From Catajapyx aquilonaris (taxonomy: Eukaryota), in NCBI GenBank assembly GCA_000934665.2, contig JYFJ02001285.1, positions 1 through 64,000 on the forward strand: a DNA stretch of 64,000 nucleotides. Reading direction: 5' to 3'. Below the pieces are notes generated by a model that was given only the letters and a program-made list of their open reading frames with translations, did not search any database and was not told the origin of the DNA. Made by a program: the position numbers and the translations under genes. Within the stretch, counting starts at the first letter, position 1. Every line of letters begins with the position of its first letter. Below, one piece after another: positions 11,901-24,530 of this stretch.

Positions 11901-14900
11901 TTTCAGCTGTTTGAGAAGTCGGGCGAGGATGATGCGGAGGTCGAGCGGTCACCAAGCACCGTCAGCGTCAAGAGGTCTGCCAGCATCCTGAGTCGTTTGG
12001 CCAAGTAAGCGCCTTTTTGGAAGTCACAATAACAAAAATGTTTGCCTCACGACAGTTGCCAAGTTACCATGTTTACTTTCCCTTGAACTGAATTTAACTT
12101 TTTTACACTTGTGAAATTTCTAAATCCAGATTCCAGGCTAAAGGTATGGACATTGGAGTGACGGATGACTCCCTGAACGGGATCCACTACGAGGAGACTG
12201 ATTCCTCTTCGAGCGAGGAGGAAGAGGAGGTTGACGGAGAGGCAGGGGACGAGAACGGGGAGGTGGTGAGGTCGTCACGAAAGAAGAACAGGAAGGAGCG
12301 TCCGGTGAGCTTCACCAAGATGGACGACATTCGCTCCAAGTGGGAGGGAGGAGTGACTGACAAGAAGGAGGAGCTCACCAAGGAGAGGAAGGAGGAGCTG
12401 CAGAAGTTCAGGGCACTGCTGTGCATGGTCAGTAATTGAAACCGGCGTTGATTGCGACTCAGATTGGAAACTCTCACATTAAATTTCATTTCAGGGCAAG
12501 CAAGGCAAACTGAAGGAGAAGTACGAGCAGGCAGTGATGGACACGGAGAAGACCTCGCCCAAGAAGGAAATAGACATCCGCTTCGACTCCAAGTCCTTGA
12601 AGGAGCAGTTTGAGAGGGGAGAGACGCTCACCTCGGACGATCAGGATTCCCAGCTCAAGGAAGAAGACATGTCTGTGTTCGAGTCAGGTATGTACTGTTA
12701 ATAGTTTTTTTTTTCATCCTGTGTAACGTCTGCAAGGGATGCTTACAATGATGTTGAATGCCACTCCTATGATCAGGTGTGGCTAAGCAATCACGGAGCC
12801 TCTTCAAGCAGTTGGACGCCACTGCAAGTCAAATACAGGCGAAGACACCAAAGCCAAAGGAGGAGAGGAAGATGAGCAGAGAGGTAAGGAAATGGTCTCG
12901 CACACAATTTCCATATCTCACGCAAACACAGTCTTCAAAATATTGTTCGGAAAGTACAGCATTCCTGCAAACAAAACTCTCAAAAAGGTTTCATCCTTTT
13001 CGTGGTACCCAATCGTCGGCCAAAGGCGGCAAAAGATAAGCGCTAAGGTCTGGTTTTCAGATCCAGCTGGCACCCCAGGTGTCCCAAGAGGTGGTCCGAT
13101 CTGGCGACCAGTTGGAGGACGTTCAGGTAGACACGACGGACCTGACCTCCAGGTTTAAATTCTTTGAGATGTACAAGGAGCCAGAAAAGATGCGCAGGCA
13201 GTTCAGAATCACTCCGCCAAGGGAGGGACAAGACAAGGTCGGGATGGGGGGAAAAAAATAATTCATGCCTGTTGATTTGACGATGGCAGATACTCACACT
13301 GCATGGCGAGAGAGAGAGAAGATTGCATTTAACAAAGTTTTGTTTGGAATCGTGATCGACTAACTCACATGACGACCGAATTTTATTGTTAGAAGTGTGA
13401 TACGGCAGTGATTGACATAACATTACATTGCGATTGTGCCACGTGAACCGTAACATGTCTGGGAAGAGGCACTTTTTGACAGACAAGCTTAGTAATGCAC
13501 ATCATGTCTTGTATTTTTTTTTTAACCAGCTCCGTTCTGGGTTCTGCTTGAAACTTTAAAAATTTTACGCTTCTTGCTGCTAGTGTTTTAAAAATTGCAT
13601 TTTTTAATAGCACTTACAAAGCATGCCTCAAACCGGTTTTTTCTGATTCATGTTTGTTTCGTCGCAGACTGAGTCCCCCGAGCGTGAGGTTTACCGCGAC
13701 CCAACAATCGTCCGGTGCGACGACAGGGCAGAGGAAGGTCTGCCCACCAGCAAGACCACCAGCCGCATGCTCTCAATGTTCAGGCAGATGGAGCAGAAGT
13801 CAAACAACGAGATGCCAGACGGTGGGGATGAGTTTGCCGGACAGATTTCTCATAAAATTGATCTATTGAAAGAAACGTACCGTAAAACTAAATATTTTTT
13901 TCAAATAATTTCAGGCCCCAAGCCACTGAAGCGCTTCACCCCACCACCAGACTACACCAAGGAGTCCGAGACGGAGACGGAAGAGTCCGAAGAGGAATCG
14001 GATGAGTCTGAGGAGGAGTCCGAGGACGATGGAAACCAGAACCCAAACATCGTGAGGGCATCGGACAAGATTGAGGACGAATTTCTAAAACAGGTGAGCA
14101 ATTTCGTTGGTTTGCAGGAAGCTGACAGGGGTTTCGTGTAAAGGGGCGCTTTGATCCGCATTAGGCATTAGGACGGTTGATTTCCCTGACTCATTAAGTC
14201 CCTTCTCGTAAGGCCCACGCTCAGAACTCCGCCCGGGCAAAAACACTTCGAGCCAAATTCGAGAAGTGGGAAGCCACGGTGGAGAAGGAGAACCGCCTGA
14301 ACAATGGGAGCGGCGCAGGTGACGATGAAGAGTTCACCCCTTCGATCGACACCGCCAAGAACTTGCGGGCAAAGTTCGAGGCTCTCAAGACTGAGAGTGC
14401 AGCCAGGCCTCAAGAGAAGCCCAGGCCAAAAGTGAACCGCTTCGTGGTGAGTAACGGAAGCTCTTAAAAAAAAAAAAGGTGGAAGTGGCCGAAGCAACAT
14501 CCCTCCCCTCCCCCCCTCCGCATTAAAAAAAAAGAAAAAAATCTCAAGTTCAATCAGAATCTCTTGCAAACATTTTTTTTTTCTTTCTCTATCTCTGTAA
14601 TGTGCGTCTAAATCCAAGTCCGATATTGTATTTGGTGTCATTATTAATAAAAGTGCAACATTTGACGTTCTATTATTGTACATTGAGCACTTTAAAATGA
14701 TTTCTTTCACCGAAAGAAAGCAAGTGCATGGATAATATTTTCTTAACAAAAGGGCCGGTTGCGTGAGTGAATGTTGCGCGCAAATGATCGGGTTTGTTTT
14801 CCATTTCTTGTTTTTCTTTGCAATGGAGACTAACCGGTATTTTTGCGCTAACTGTCATTCATAAACTGGCCGTAATTTTGCAATTTTAAGTGCATGAGGT

Positions 14901-16494
14901 GGATGTGTTGTTTTTTTTTGGTTGGTGAAGGTTTTACGTTGCATTTTATTTTTGGTTCTGAGTTGTAAAAATTTATGCAAGGCCTTTTTATTTTTTAAAC
15001 TCACACTCGTTTGGTGATTTTTTTTTTTTTGCTGCTGCTGGTAGCTTTTGTTATTAATTCGCATGTTTTAATTTATTTATTGGTGATATGGTGGGCTGGT
15101 CTGTGATAGGATTAATGCATCGGGATAATTTGAATGGCAAGGTCGACTTCTAATTTTTTTTTGTGTGTGTTTGGCTGTCCTTTAACGAGTCTTTTGTGGC
15201 ATGACCCAGCATGTGCTGAGTTTGCTTGCGATTCCTCCTTTTTTTTTATTTGTTGGGTACGTAGCTTAGGCAACCGATGCCTTTTCGTGACTGTTGCTGT
15301 GGGGGAAGATGCTCAGGACCCAAGTAGAAGAGAATGAATAACACAAAAGCACGTCGGATATTCCAAGCGGAAGGACTGTTCGAGAAGACTGATCCACTGT
15401 CTTTTTGTCTACATTTTTTTCAGAAATACTCTGAAGAGACTGTTGAGCAAGAGAGTGCAACTGCCTAAGGAAGTCTGCTCATTATTGAATTATTATTATT
15501 TTTTTTGCAATCCTCCTGTCATCCTCTGTTCATCTCTGCTTATGTTTAGAAAATACTGTGCGTCTATATGGTCGAGGAAAAAAAAAAAGAACAAACAAAC
15601 AAACAAATTAATAAGAGAAATGGTGTCGTGTGTGATTTGTCTTTGGGAATGAGTCTTTTTTAGGTGGGGCGCAAATTGATAGTCTCCCGAATTTTAAATG
15701 TGTGGTCAAGCTTTATGTACATTTGCAATTTGTGTCTAACTCTTTGGAAGAAGAAGAAGAAAATTATTGTTGTGAGCAAAGAAATTATGTAACCCTGTTT
15801 TTTACAATTTCTGAACACAACATTTTTTATATACTATCTTTCAAACTTCTACACCTTTTAGTTATAATTTTTACACTCACATTGATAAAAATAATTCCTT
15901 GATTTTGATCCTGAAAATGCTGGTTGCTTATTAAGAGCACCTGTAATTATTATTAAAAATTGGTTTCATTTGTATAGTTTTTTTTTCTAATGTATTTATT
16001 TTTAACGAATAAAAATAAGCTTGATTTAATACACAACAATGACAGTTATAAGGCCTTGCATAATATCTTTTTTTTTTGCAACTCGGAACTGAAAAGGTCA
16101 CGTTACTGTGACGATGACAAGAACGTAACATATGCACAAAATTTCCCACAGGAATTTCGCGCAACTGCTGACAATATTTGCAGCATCTGTAGCAAACAAG
16201 TGTACGCTATGGAGAAAATGGAAGTGGAAAAGAAGGTTTTCCACAAGTCCTGCTTCAAATGCACCCAGTGCCATTGCATATTGAGGTAAAATCTTAACGT
16301 ACTTATTAACAAAAACAAAAAAAAAAAGGTGTTGTAACAATTGCATGAATATTTGCAGAGTTGATTCGTACACGACCAACAAGGGAAAGCTGTTCTGCAT
16401 CCCTCACTTCAAGCAACTCTTCATATCCAAAGGCAACTACGACGATGCCTTTTTGGATCTGCCGCAAAATGGGATTGCCAATGGCACCCACTGA
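2990..16494 (+). CDS. Multi-exon LIM-domain actin-associated protein (LIMA1/EPLIN- or Xin-repeat-protein-like; two LIM domains, long acidic N-terminus)
   Basis: GT-AG exon chain in continuous frame: 2990-3997, 4217-4345, 5172-5255, 5518-5613, 6244-6336, 6468-6560, 6696(or 6702)-6794, 6879-6983, 7203-7310, 8028-8123, 8812-8948, 10026-10126, 10209-10280, 11842-12004, 12130-12427, 12495-12687, 12777-12883, 13061-13237, 13668-13821, 13915-14093, 14213-14446, 16152-16285, 16359-16494 (TGA). LIM1: CKKCGKPVFQMELIKAEKADWHKNCFRCKECSKQLTMDIYSSHEGELYCKPHFKELF; LIM2: CSICSKQVYAMEKMEVEKKVFHKSCFKCTQCHCILRVDSYTTNKGKLFCIPHFKQLFISKGNYDD. AATAAA at 16541. Which N-terminal exons co-occur in one mRNA is not known. 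Confidence 0.88.
9318..9403. repeat. Inverted repeat / MITE-like hairpin (32-bp arms, 22-nt loop) in LIM-gene intron
   Basis: CATATCGTCGGTGATCatGCAAAACCTCGTAT (9318-9349) vs ATACGAGGTTTTGCgcGATCACCGACGATATG (9372-9403), 2 mismatches. Confidence 0.85.
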
Positions 16495-16789
16495 ATTGTA
16501 CATTAAATAATTTAAAACTGGGACCACTGTAGTTGAGCCAAATAAATGGGGGTGCAAATGATCCAAATTCATGAACAAAATGAGCTTGCAAAAGCTGCTT
16601 TATTAAATCATAATTAAGCAATATTCACATTTATTTTTTTTTGCCTTAAACAACTACAGGGAAGTTGGGACTGTGGGAATAAACAGCATTAAAAAAACAA
16701 CGTCAGTCTTTGGCCAATCTCAGCATGGAGTTATGGAAAAAAAAAAAAAAATCCCCTTGTATATATATATATTTTTCCTCAAAATTTCA

Positions 16790-19700
16790 CTAACTTGATC
16801 CATCAGATTCACCAGATTTATTTCCTTGATTTCCCACCTCCATGTCCTCTCCCTTTTCATCTCCACTTTCCGTGTCCATTGAACCAGTCGGTGCATTCAG
16901 CACATATCCAGTCCCACTGAAGGGAGACACCTTCTCTTCCGTGTGGCCTATCACTGTGCCAAAAGTGTGTGGGACTGACGGTCCGGCAGGTTGCACCTCC
17001 GACTGCGACGAAGCTTCAGCAGCCTCTTTGAGCCGCTGATCCAGCCCCGGGCCGATTGGATGGTGCACACTGCCAACGCACAGTTCCAACTGATCCGTCT
17101 CGCCGTTGTAGCGAAGAGTCTGCAAAAAGACACAAATGCTAATACTGCACAATTATTAAGCAATAACTTACTTTGCCTGGAAGTCCAGGAATCTGCGAAT
17201 GCTTTCCGTGTTCAAGCCCGACGTCTCGCTGCATCTGTCTGTAAAAAAGTCCACCTCTCTTGAACAGCTCGGGATACTTTTGCGCATATTCCCACATGGT
17301 AGACCCCAGCAGGCTAACAGTCAGCACCAGAGTGGCTATAGAAGCATCCAGGCCATCCTCGGTCTCAGAAGCACCTGCACCCTCTCCGCTGCCTTTCATG
17401 CTTCCGAGGCACCGCAGTATCTCTCTCTCTAGGTTGAACTGTGGCGCAGCAGGAAGCGGCGGCGGTGGCGACGGTTCACTCAGAAGCACTACCTGGATGC
17501 GGTCTCCATTCTGGGAAGAAACAAGTACCGACTTTCAACATTTGTTGTGTTGCCGCAATATGCTCACGAGAAGAACTGTACCTGTAAAGGCAGCGGCAAG
17601 TCGTCATCATCCGAGGCAGGTGCCTTGATTTCCTTTGGAGGGAACCCGTACATGATCTTCTGCACGCTGGCCATGTTCACAAGTCCCACACTCTCTATAT
17701 GTTGGGTAAGTTCGGCATACGCTGCATTTTTGGAGAGTGTCAGCTGGGCCTGGTGATGAGAAAAGTCGAGTCAATAAAATCAGGCAATTTAGACACAATG
17801 GTAATGATAAAGCCAACCTGCTTCCCATCCGAGGTGACCATCCTAACCACTTTCCTTCCGTCTGCTCGTGAACTGCTGTTGGGCTTCTTGGGTGCCTCCT
17901 TCATTTGGACAGCCTTTTCGGCACCTTCCTTCCCTGCTACCTTAGCCACATTGCCTGTTGAAGCGGCCCTGAATGGCTTACCCTTCCCTGCCGACTCATC
18001 CACTGCTCTCCTCCTCCTCTCGTCACTGGCCCGTGCCTGATCCTGTGCCGCATGCTTCTCAATATTCTCTTTGATCCTGTGCTCTGTCTTGCTCAGTCCA
18101 AGCTCCTCCTTGTGCAGGGTCTACCGCAGCGAAAGGACAGCCCAGAATTACCTATTTTGATCTATTCACAAATCTCGTGGTCATCTCACTACCTTCACAC
18201 CGGTAATGATCATTTTCGTTGGCGGCTCCTCCTTCCTGGTATTCGGTAACTTGCTGTGATCGGTCTGCTCTATTTTGGCTTCAGGCGACTTTGTTTGCTC
18301 TAGTATTTGTTCAACTACATTCTGTACTATCCTCTCGCTACCAAAGGCACCTGCAACAAGAGTTACTGGTAAACCTACCAAGAAAATTTGCTGTGAATGT
18401 TACCTACCTGGAAAATGTTTGTACACAGTTTTGGTGGCCGCCTCATAAACATTGCTGTTGCGGCTTGCATCAGACTCATGTTGGAACCACGGAACTTTTT
18501 CAGTGACTGTTTTCCCGCTCCATGTGAACGTTACTGCAATCTGCAGGTAAAGAAAAGCGGATAGTACGTGAAGCTTGTGAAGCATATGATTCACCAACCT
18601 GCTGTGGCAAGTTGTCGTACTCCTCTCCGTCCCACCAGTGCATGAACCCACACCTGCAGTGCGACCCATGGCTCCTGGTTTTGGTCTTATCACCATCGAG
18701 GTATTCCACTGAATTGTCCCCTCTCACATGACGCAGCTTGGGGCTGTAGCACCAAATGCACTGCTCCATCAGAGGTTCACAGTCCTTGTCTAGGATCAAC
18801 TCATCAGCCTCAGGATCATACCTGTTGCAAATGGGTCTACTGTTAGCTCTGGTTAACTCCAGGACAACTGAGGTGATACCTGCACTTGATTCCCTGTGTC
18901 GGAAACTGGTATATTTTCCCAGCGGCAAGCGTCGCCTGCTGCTGGGCCAAATTGTACAGCAGTCCCCCTTTAGTGAGCCATTCAGGCCGCCACCGTTGCT
19001 CGCAAATGGCATCACAACTGAGGCAGCGGAAAAGGCGTCTCTCCTCCACAGCCCTCCGAGCAGTGCTGAGTGCCATCGTTGGATGCACCCCAACCACTCC
19101 TGAGCGTTTGAAAATGTGGTGCGCAACGTCGGCCACCAAGGCTGGGTGGACTCCATTATCACGAAGGAACACCCCGTCCATGGCAGACACCAGGCGAGAC
19201 ACATAAGACTCATTCAGGCTCCGATCTCCGCCAATCACACACCATCCTCCTGGATGAAACTCGATGTAATCGTTCAGAAGACTCTGGCTCACGCCCCATA
19301 CCTTTGGCATCTGGGCACGTGGGAAGCGAGGAAGTGGAACTGAAAAGAAAGTTATTGCAGACTAGCTTTCTTCAACGAGTCAGAATGACAACTAAGACAT
19401 CTAATGACGAGCATGGTCAGAAAATGTTTACATTATGGTCAGAGTCTAATGGTCATCAAAAAGTCACGAGTTGAGGTGAACAGACAGCACATTACGGACA
19501 TAAAGTTCCCTGCACATGATTTCGAATAAAACGAAAATGCAGCTTAGATGCGAGTTCGAACGTGACCTTGATTTTTATAGCGTTTCCTGTTTTGCACACT
19601 TTTTCACCTCACTTATCAGCATGAAATATGAAAGTGGAGAGTATGAAAAATTCACCCAAGGCACTTCGAAGCACGGATGTCATCAGTTAATGTATTCAAA

Positions 19701-21115
19701 TTTCAGCTGATAAGACATCAGACAGAAATAAAACTCACGTCCTTTGACCCCGACAAGTGGGATGTAATGTGATCTGGAACCGCTGCTCCAAGCCAAACAC
19801 AATGGCTTATTCAACTCTCCTGATTTCCCTCGGCAATCCCTCGGTTGAACCAAGCCAGGCAGAAACACAGCTGAAAAATGCGAAGAGAAAATATTAAAAT
19901 CGACCCAGCAGTTCACACTGTACAGGAAACGGATCGTAATTCAACCTGAATAGTCTCCAGAACTGCTCATCCCTTGAAGCGAATCCAACAAAATTATGGG
20001 TCTCTTGAGAACATTTGCCAATCCGAACACGTGTATGTTCCTCAGCCCCAACGGCTCTTCCTTTGCAGGCTGGAACTCGGGATCACATTCGGCTATAATC
20101 TCTTCCCATTCATTCTCATCCACAAACTCCTTCAACAATTCCTGTTTTGCATCCCAAACATTAATTTCTTTTTCGCTGAAAAATAACATTCCCAGCGTAC
20201 CTTGTACTTATGGAGATTCGTCTCGAAGTGCTTCTTAATATCACACCTGAGCGCATGCCAGAAGAGCTCCCTCCCAACAAGAGCCCTGGAAATGGCATGG
20301 ACCAAACAGTGTCCATCTCCCTCAGCATGTATGGGAACAAGCCTCTCTTCACCATCATTAAAGGCCTGAATAACCGACATGGTGTTGGCCAGGTAGAATC
20401 GGCTTCCGGACACATCCCTTCCATACCCAGGCACATTTATATGCTGCGGATCGATCAGAAAGGCCCGCTCACCCAACAAGCTACAGTCAAACGTATCACG
20501 GCTGCTGATATCATGAATCGGGACAACCCCTCCTGTCCGCTTGTCCACCCCGAATATGGTAAGAAGCGGCGACACCAGGCGACAATGGTAGTTGTTCAAT
20601 CCAAGCACCTTAATCTGAAATGACATGTGTCAAATGTCAAGCTCTGGTATATTAAAGAGGAAAAATGTTATGTACTCAGGATTGCGTTAAAAGCCGCAAA
20701 CATGAGCTATATTCACTGCGTATGTTCGTGCGATGGTTACTGAGCAATTGTTACTGCGACAGAAACTGAGCAATTGTTACAGCGACAGACACTGAGCAAT
20801 TGTTACTGCAACAGATACTGAGCAATTGTTACTGCGACAGATACTGAGCAATTGTTACTTAGCGAACGTTACCATTTCAGGCCCTTTCCTGACCGCCCTA
20901 GATCCCAACAGAATGTTTCTGAGAATGGGCATCATTGCGGAGCTCAAGTCGGTGACAGGCTGAACCTCCAAGATGGATCGGTGCTCATGTCTCTGTCCGC
21001 ATTCAGGGCATTCAATGCTGATGTTATGTGACGGGAAGTACAGCTTCGTGTGGCACTTCTCATCGGGACATATCCCAGTCAGGAAATGGGCTTGTTTGGC
21101 AGGTGGACCCGGCAT
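16790..21115 (-). CDS. VCPIP1: Deubiquitinating protein VCPIP1 / VCIP135 (OTU domain plus UBX-like region)
   Basis: Exons (minus): 21115-20873, 20614-20201, 20141-19946, 19870-19739, 19339-18880, 18821-18599, 18540-18408, 18350-18193, 18120-17818, 17749-17582, 17510-17172, 17119-16790. Diagnostic motifs: IECPECGQRHE, GDGHCLVHAISRALVGRELFWHALR (catalytic Cys), LGLRNIHVFGLANVLKRPIILLDS, AWSSGSRSHYIPLVG (catalytic His), CRCGFMHWWDGEEYDNLP, YGFPPKE. Confidence 0.95.
20739..20859. repeat. Minisatellite, 26-bp unit x ~4.6, in VCPIP1 first coding intron
   Basis: Unit ACTGAGCAATTGTTACTGCGACAGAT starting at 20739, 20765, 20791, 20817, 20843. Confidence 0.92.
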
Positions 21116-21519
21116 TGTTCTATCAAAAAATGCCCCTGCAAAAAAAAAAAAAAATGTAATATGAAATTAAATAAATTGGAACAGAAAATATATGCCAATA
21201 TAATATGGAATGTATCTTACTTTTTTTGTGCCTGTCACTACTACTTTTTCATCTCCAGCTGGTGGTTCCTCCTCGCTTCTGGACCCGTCAGCAAACTGGG
21301 CAGACCTTCCTCCAAATGGCCAAATTTACAGGTGTTGATAACCGGGAGTGAAATGAGGAAAAATAAGAAGTTAAAAAGAGTACAAAGGGGGAGGGGGGAA
21401 AAAAGGAAGACGACAAATAAAAAAAAATGAAAGTCAAAGGCTCTTTACGGTGGCGTGTACGAATAGGCTGCAGAATCATACGGATTTACACTAATCTGAA
21501 AGGAAGAAGACGCTGCGTT

Positions 21520-21725
21520 GTGATTGGTCCGTCTGTCAGGTTGTTAGCAGTCTATTGGTTACATCACGATTGGAATGTGTGGTGTAAATGAAACATGCGT
21601 GATGCTGATTGGTCAATGCGTCACAATTCGGATAAGGCCACTTGAGAATGTTTTCATTGGAATTCCAAGGTCATTTCTACGCATGCGCTTTCGTATTGTT
21701 CCTGGAATGTGATTGTCCAATTCAA
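21520..21725. promoter_or_regulatory. CCAAT-box cluster in the divergent VCPIP1/PPP1R2 promoter region
   Basis: ATTGG/CCAAT at about 21524, 21556, 21569, 21608, 21656 and 21717, plus NRF1-like CGCATGCGC (~21680); lies just upstream of the presumed VCPIP1 5' UTR exon. Confidence 0.55.
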
Positions 21726-22807
21726 TGCTCCATTAGGAAAGATAAACAACTAATATTGCACCGTATGGACCTGGTATGGACCGTATGATTGCATCAAATT
21801 GCGCAAATCACACAGAGATTTAACATGCAAGTTTTCTAGGTCGTAGTTAGACTAGAAAATTTAAGCAGGATCATTTTTTTTTTATCCTTACTCGTGACAG
21901 ATTGTAACACATGCAGTTGTAATGTAATGGAATGTAACTGTTATCAGTACGGTTATCAGCAGCTATTAATTAAAGGGGCGCATGTTCGATTACGTCAAAA
22001 ATGCAGCAAAATCGACCTTTGGCCGTTCACATTTGATTGTAACATGGAAATGGTTCCAACTTTGTCATAATAGTCAGCAAATTATTGAGAAACACGATGA
22101 ACACTATGAAAACAATGCCAGATAACTGTTATTAGTGACTAAAGCACTGTTATCACCAAGAGCGAATAACTGTTATCACATATTTGAAGAGTCAATCATG
22201 TGAATGATGTGGCGCAGGCGCAGTTAATAATAACATCAGTGCACACGCATTTGTGTTAATATTTGTACAGTACAGTACATCATTACAAAATATGTAACTG
22301 TAATGTTAATATAACAGTGCTCTTTCCTTCGAATCCGCTACTTTAAGTGCATTATTGACCTTTAACCTTTCCGATACTAACAATTGCGCAAGCGTACATT
22401 CCAACTTCAATTTAAGTTGTAATTAGAAACATTGAAGCCATATTTGTCCGCCATATTTGAGCTCCGAGCTCTCTTACTATAATAAAAGTTAATGCCTTAT
22501 GTAAATATAGCGTTATGTACATCGTTTTAAATATTTGGCAATTGTATTTCCCCAATTTAATGTTTTAATTAATGAGTATTTCCTCCACGTATTTAATTCC
22601 AACTGGCAACCTTGCATTATTCCACCTCCCCCCCCCCCCCCCCCCCCCNATCTTCATCGTTTCCGAATAAAAAAAAAGTAAAGGAAAAAAAGAGCTAGAG
22701 AGAATAAAAGAGGAACAAAATTCCAAGTGTTTACTCCTACTACAGTGTTGTGTTCTCCTTGAGTTTAATAAGCCCAGAGACCCGAACCCAGAACAAGTGC
22801 GTAGAAA

Positions 22808-24530
22808 ATGGCTGAGAATCTGAAGAAGAAGCCGAGCAAAGGAATCCTGAAGGCGTCTTCCAGCTTCGACGCCCCAGACAGAGCAGAATCCGCAAAAAGA
22901 CTGTGAGTCACTCTCTCGAATATAATAATTGACATAATTTTAAAAAACAAGAAAAAAAATGGAATACATTTTTTCTGTAATAATAATTGTTATATAAGAG
23001 TGCAATTAACGCAATGGAACATTCCAAACAGCAGGTCGAAGGAGACGAAATGGGATGAGATGAACATTATTGCGACGCTTCATCCGCCGGATAAGGATTA
23101 CGGGCATATGAAGATTGAGGAGCCCAAGACGCCGTACAATTACGAGAAGGACGGATCTGATGAAGAGACGGGTGGGCTTGATGCGGACATGCTGGCCAAA
23201 AAGTATGGGTTTGTTAGTACGTTGCGTAGGAAGCCGGATGCTAATTTGAGTGGTTTAAAATTTTGCAGGATTCAGCTGGGTGCGAGTCAGCCACCGAAGG
23301 CGCTCGTTCCGGAGGAGCCTGAAGACGAAGAGTCCGAGGAGGAAGAGGAATCACCAGAGGAGAGAGGTAATTCAACACAAATCGACAGGAATCGAAGAGT
23401 GTAAATGTTATAGACCAGGAAAAAAAAAATCATAAATTTGTGTTATTTAGACTTTTAAAAGGTGCAGTTTTTGCCATTTTTTCCTGAAAGAGCGGTACGT
23501 ACGCCATGAGGGCCAAGTTTCGGGACTCTCAGTACTCCGAAAGTGGGTTAGGTAGCCTGGACATACAAACAGATGCATTTTCTGCTTCATTATGTAAGAT
23601 TTAGACTTTAAAAAGTGTAGTGTTCTGACTTTTTTCTTGAATCAGCCACATGTAAGTCATGTGTGCCAAGTTTCAGCACTCTCAGCACTCTGAAAGCAGG
23701 TTAGGTAGCCTGGACATACAAACAGACACACTTTCTGCTTTATTATGTAAGAATTAGACTGGAAAAAGTGTTGTTTTGGGACATTTTCCCAAAAATCAGC
23801 TGCATGTGAGCCATGTGTGCCCAGTTTCAGTAGTCTCAGTGATCTAGAAGTGGGTTAGGTAGTCCAGAAATACAAACAGAGGCAGTTTCTGCTTTATTTC
23901 GTAAGATATAACTTATACGAAGAAAAAAAAGTGTTGTTTTGGGATTTTTTCCTGCATCAGCGGCATGTAAGCCAAGTTTCAGCCCTCTCAATAGTCCAAA
24001 AGTGGGTTAGGTAGCCCGGAAATACAGACACACTTTCTGCTTAATTATGTACGATAAGTTGCAGGTACAAAATAAGTTGATTACTGCACCTTTATTATCT
24101 GAGCATTCGCATGCCAAGAGTGTTAACATATTTGAGCAAGGACCGAGTGTGTAATATGATTATATTTGCAGCCCATCGCAAAATGTTCGAGACCAAGCGC
24201 AAGCGGCACTATAACGAGTTCCATGCAGTGAAGTTGGCACGGCAGCTAATGGAGAAGGATGAGGATGGTGATGGTGATGAGGATGAGGAGGACGAGGCTG
24301 CTGAGCTGGAGGAGGAGTCGCAAGAGCCTGCTTCTGGAAGTGGTGGCGTCCAGGCCAGTGCGGGACCCAGCCGTTGCGTAGATTGCGGCGGAAGGCGGAA
24401 CGGGAGAGGAGGCGAGCAGGAAGAAGATGTCAAGGAAGAGCAGGAGGAAGGGAAGGCGGAAAGTGAGACGGAGGTGGGAAAGACGTTGAGCACTACCGCA
24501 GAGATGGATGAGGGTGAGGCGGGCGAATGA
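22808..24530 (+). CDS. PPP1R2: Protein phosphatase 1 inhibitor-2
   Basis: Exons 22808-22902, 23032-23202, 23269-23366, 24172-24530. Motifs KGILK (SILK), KETKWDEMNIIATLHPPDKDYG, KIEEPKTPY (GSK3/CDK Thr site), FETKRKRHYNE, acidic tail. Confidence 0.95.
23447..24055 (-). mobile_element. Four tandem ~153-bp units resembling the 5' end of non-autonomous Helitrons, in PPP1R2 intron 3
   Basis: Units 23447-23600, 23601-23753, 23754-23907, ~23908-24055 share GCCAAGTTTCAG..CTCTCAG..GGTTAGGTAGCC.GGA.ATACAAACAGAC..TTTCTGCTT.ATTATGTAAGAT. Minus strand reads A|TCTTACATAATAAAGCAGAAAGTGTGTCTGTTTGTATG...GTCTAA. The tandem repeat is certain; Helitron identity is inference. Confidence 0.65.

Noticed and set aside
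18822..18879. Second U12 intron in VCPIP1 (donor GTATCA)
   Set aside because: Donor is GTATCACC, not GTATCCTT, and no TCCTTAAC branch site is present.
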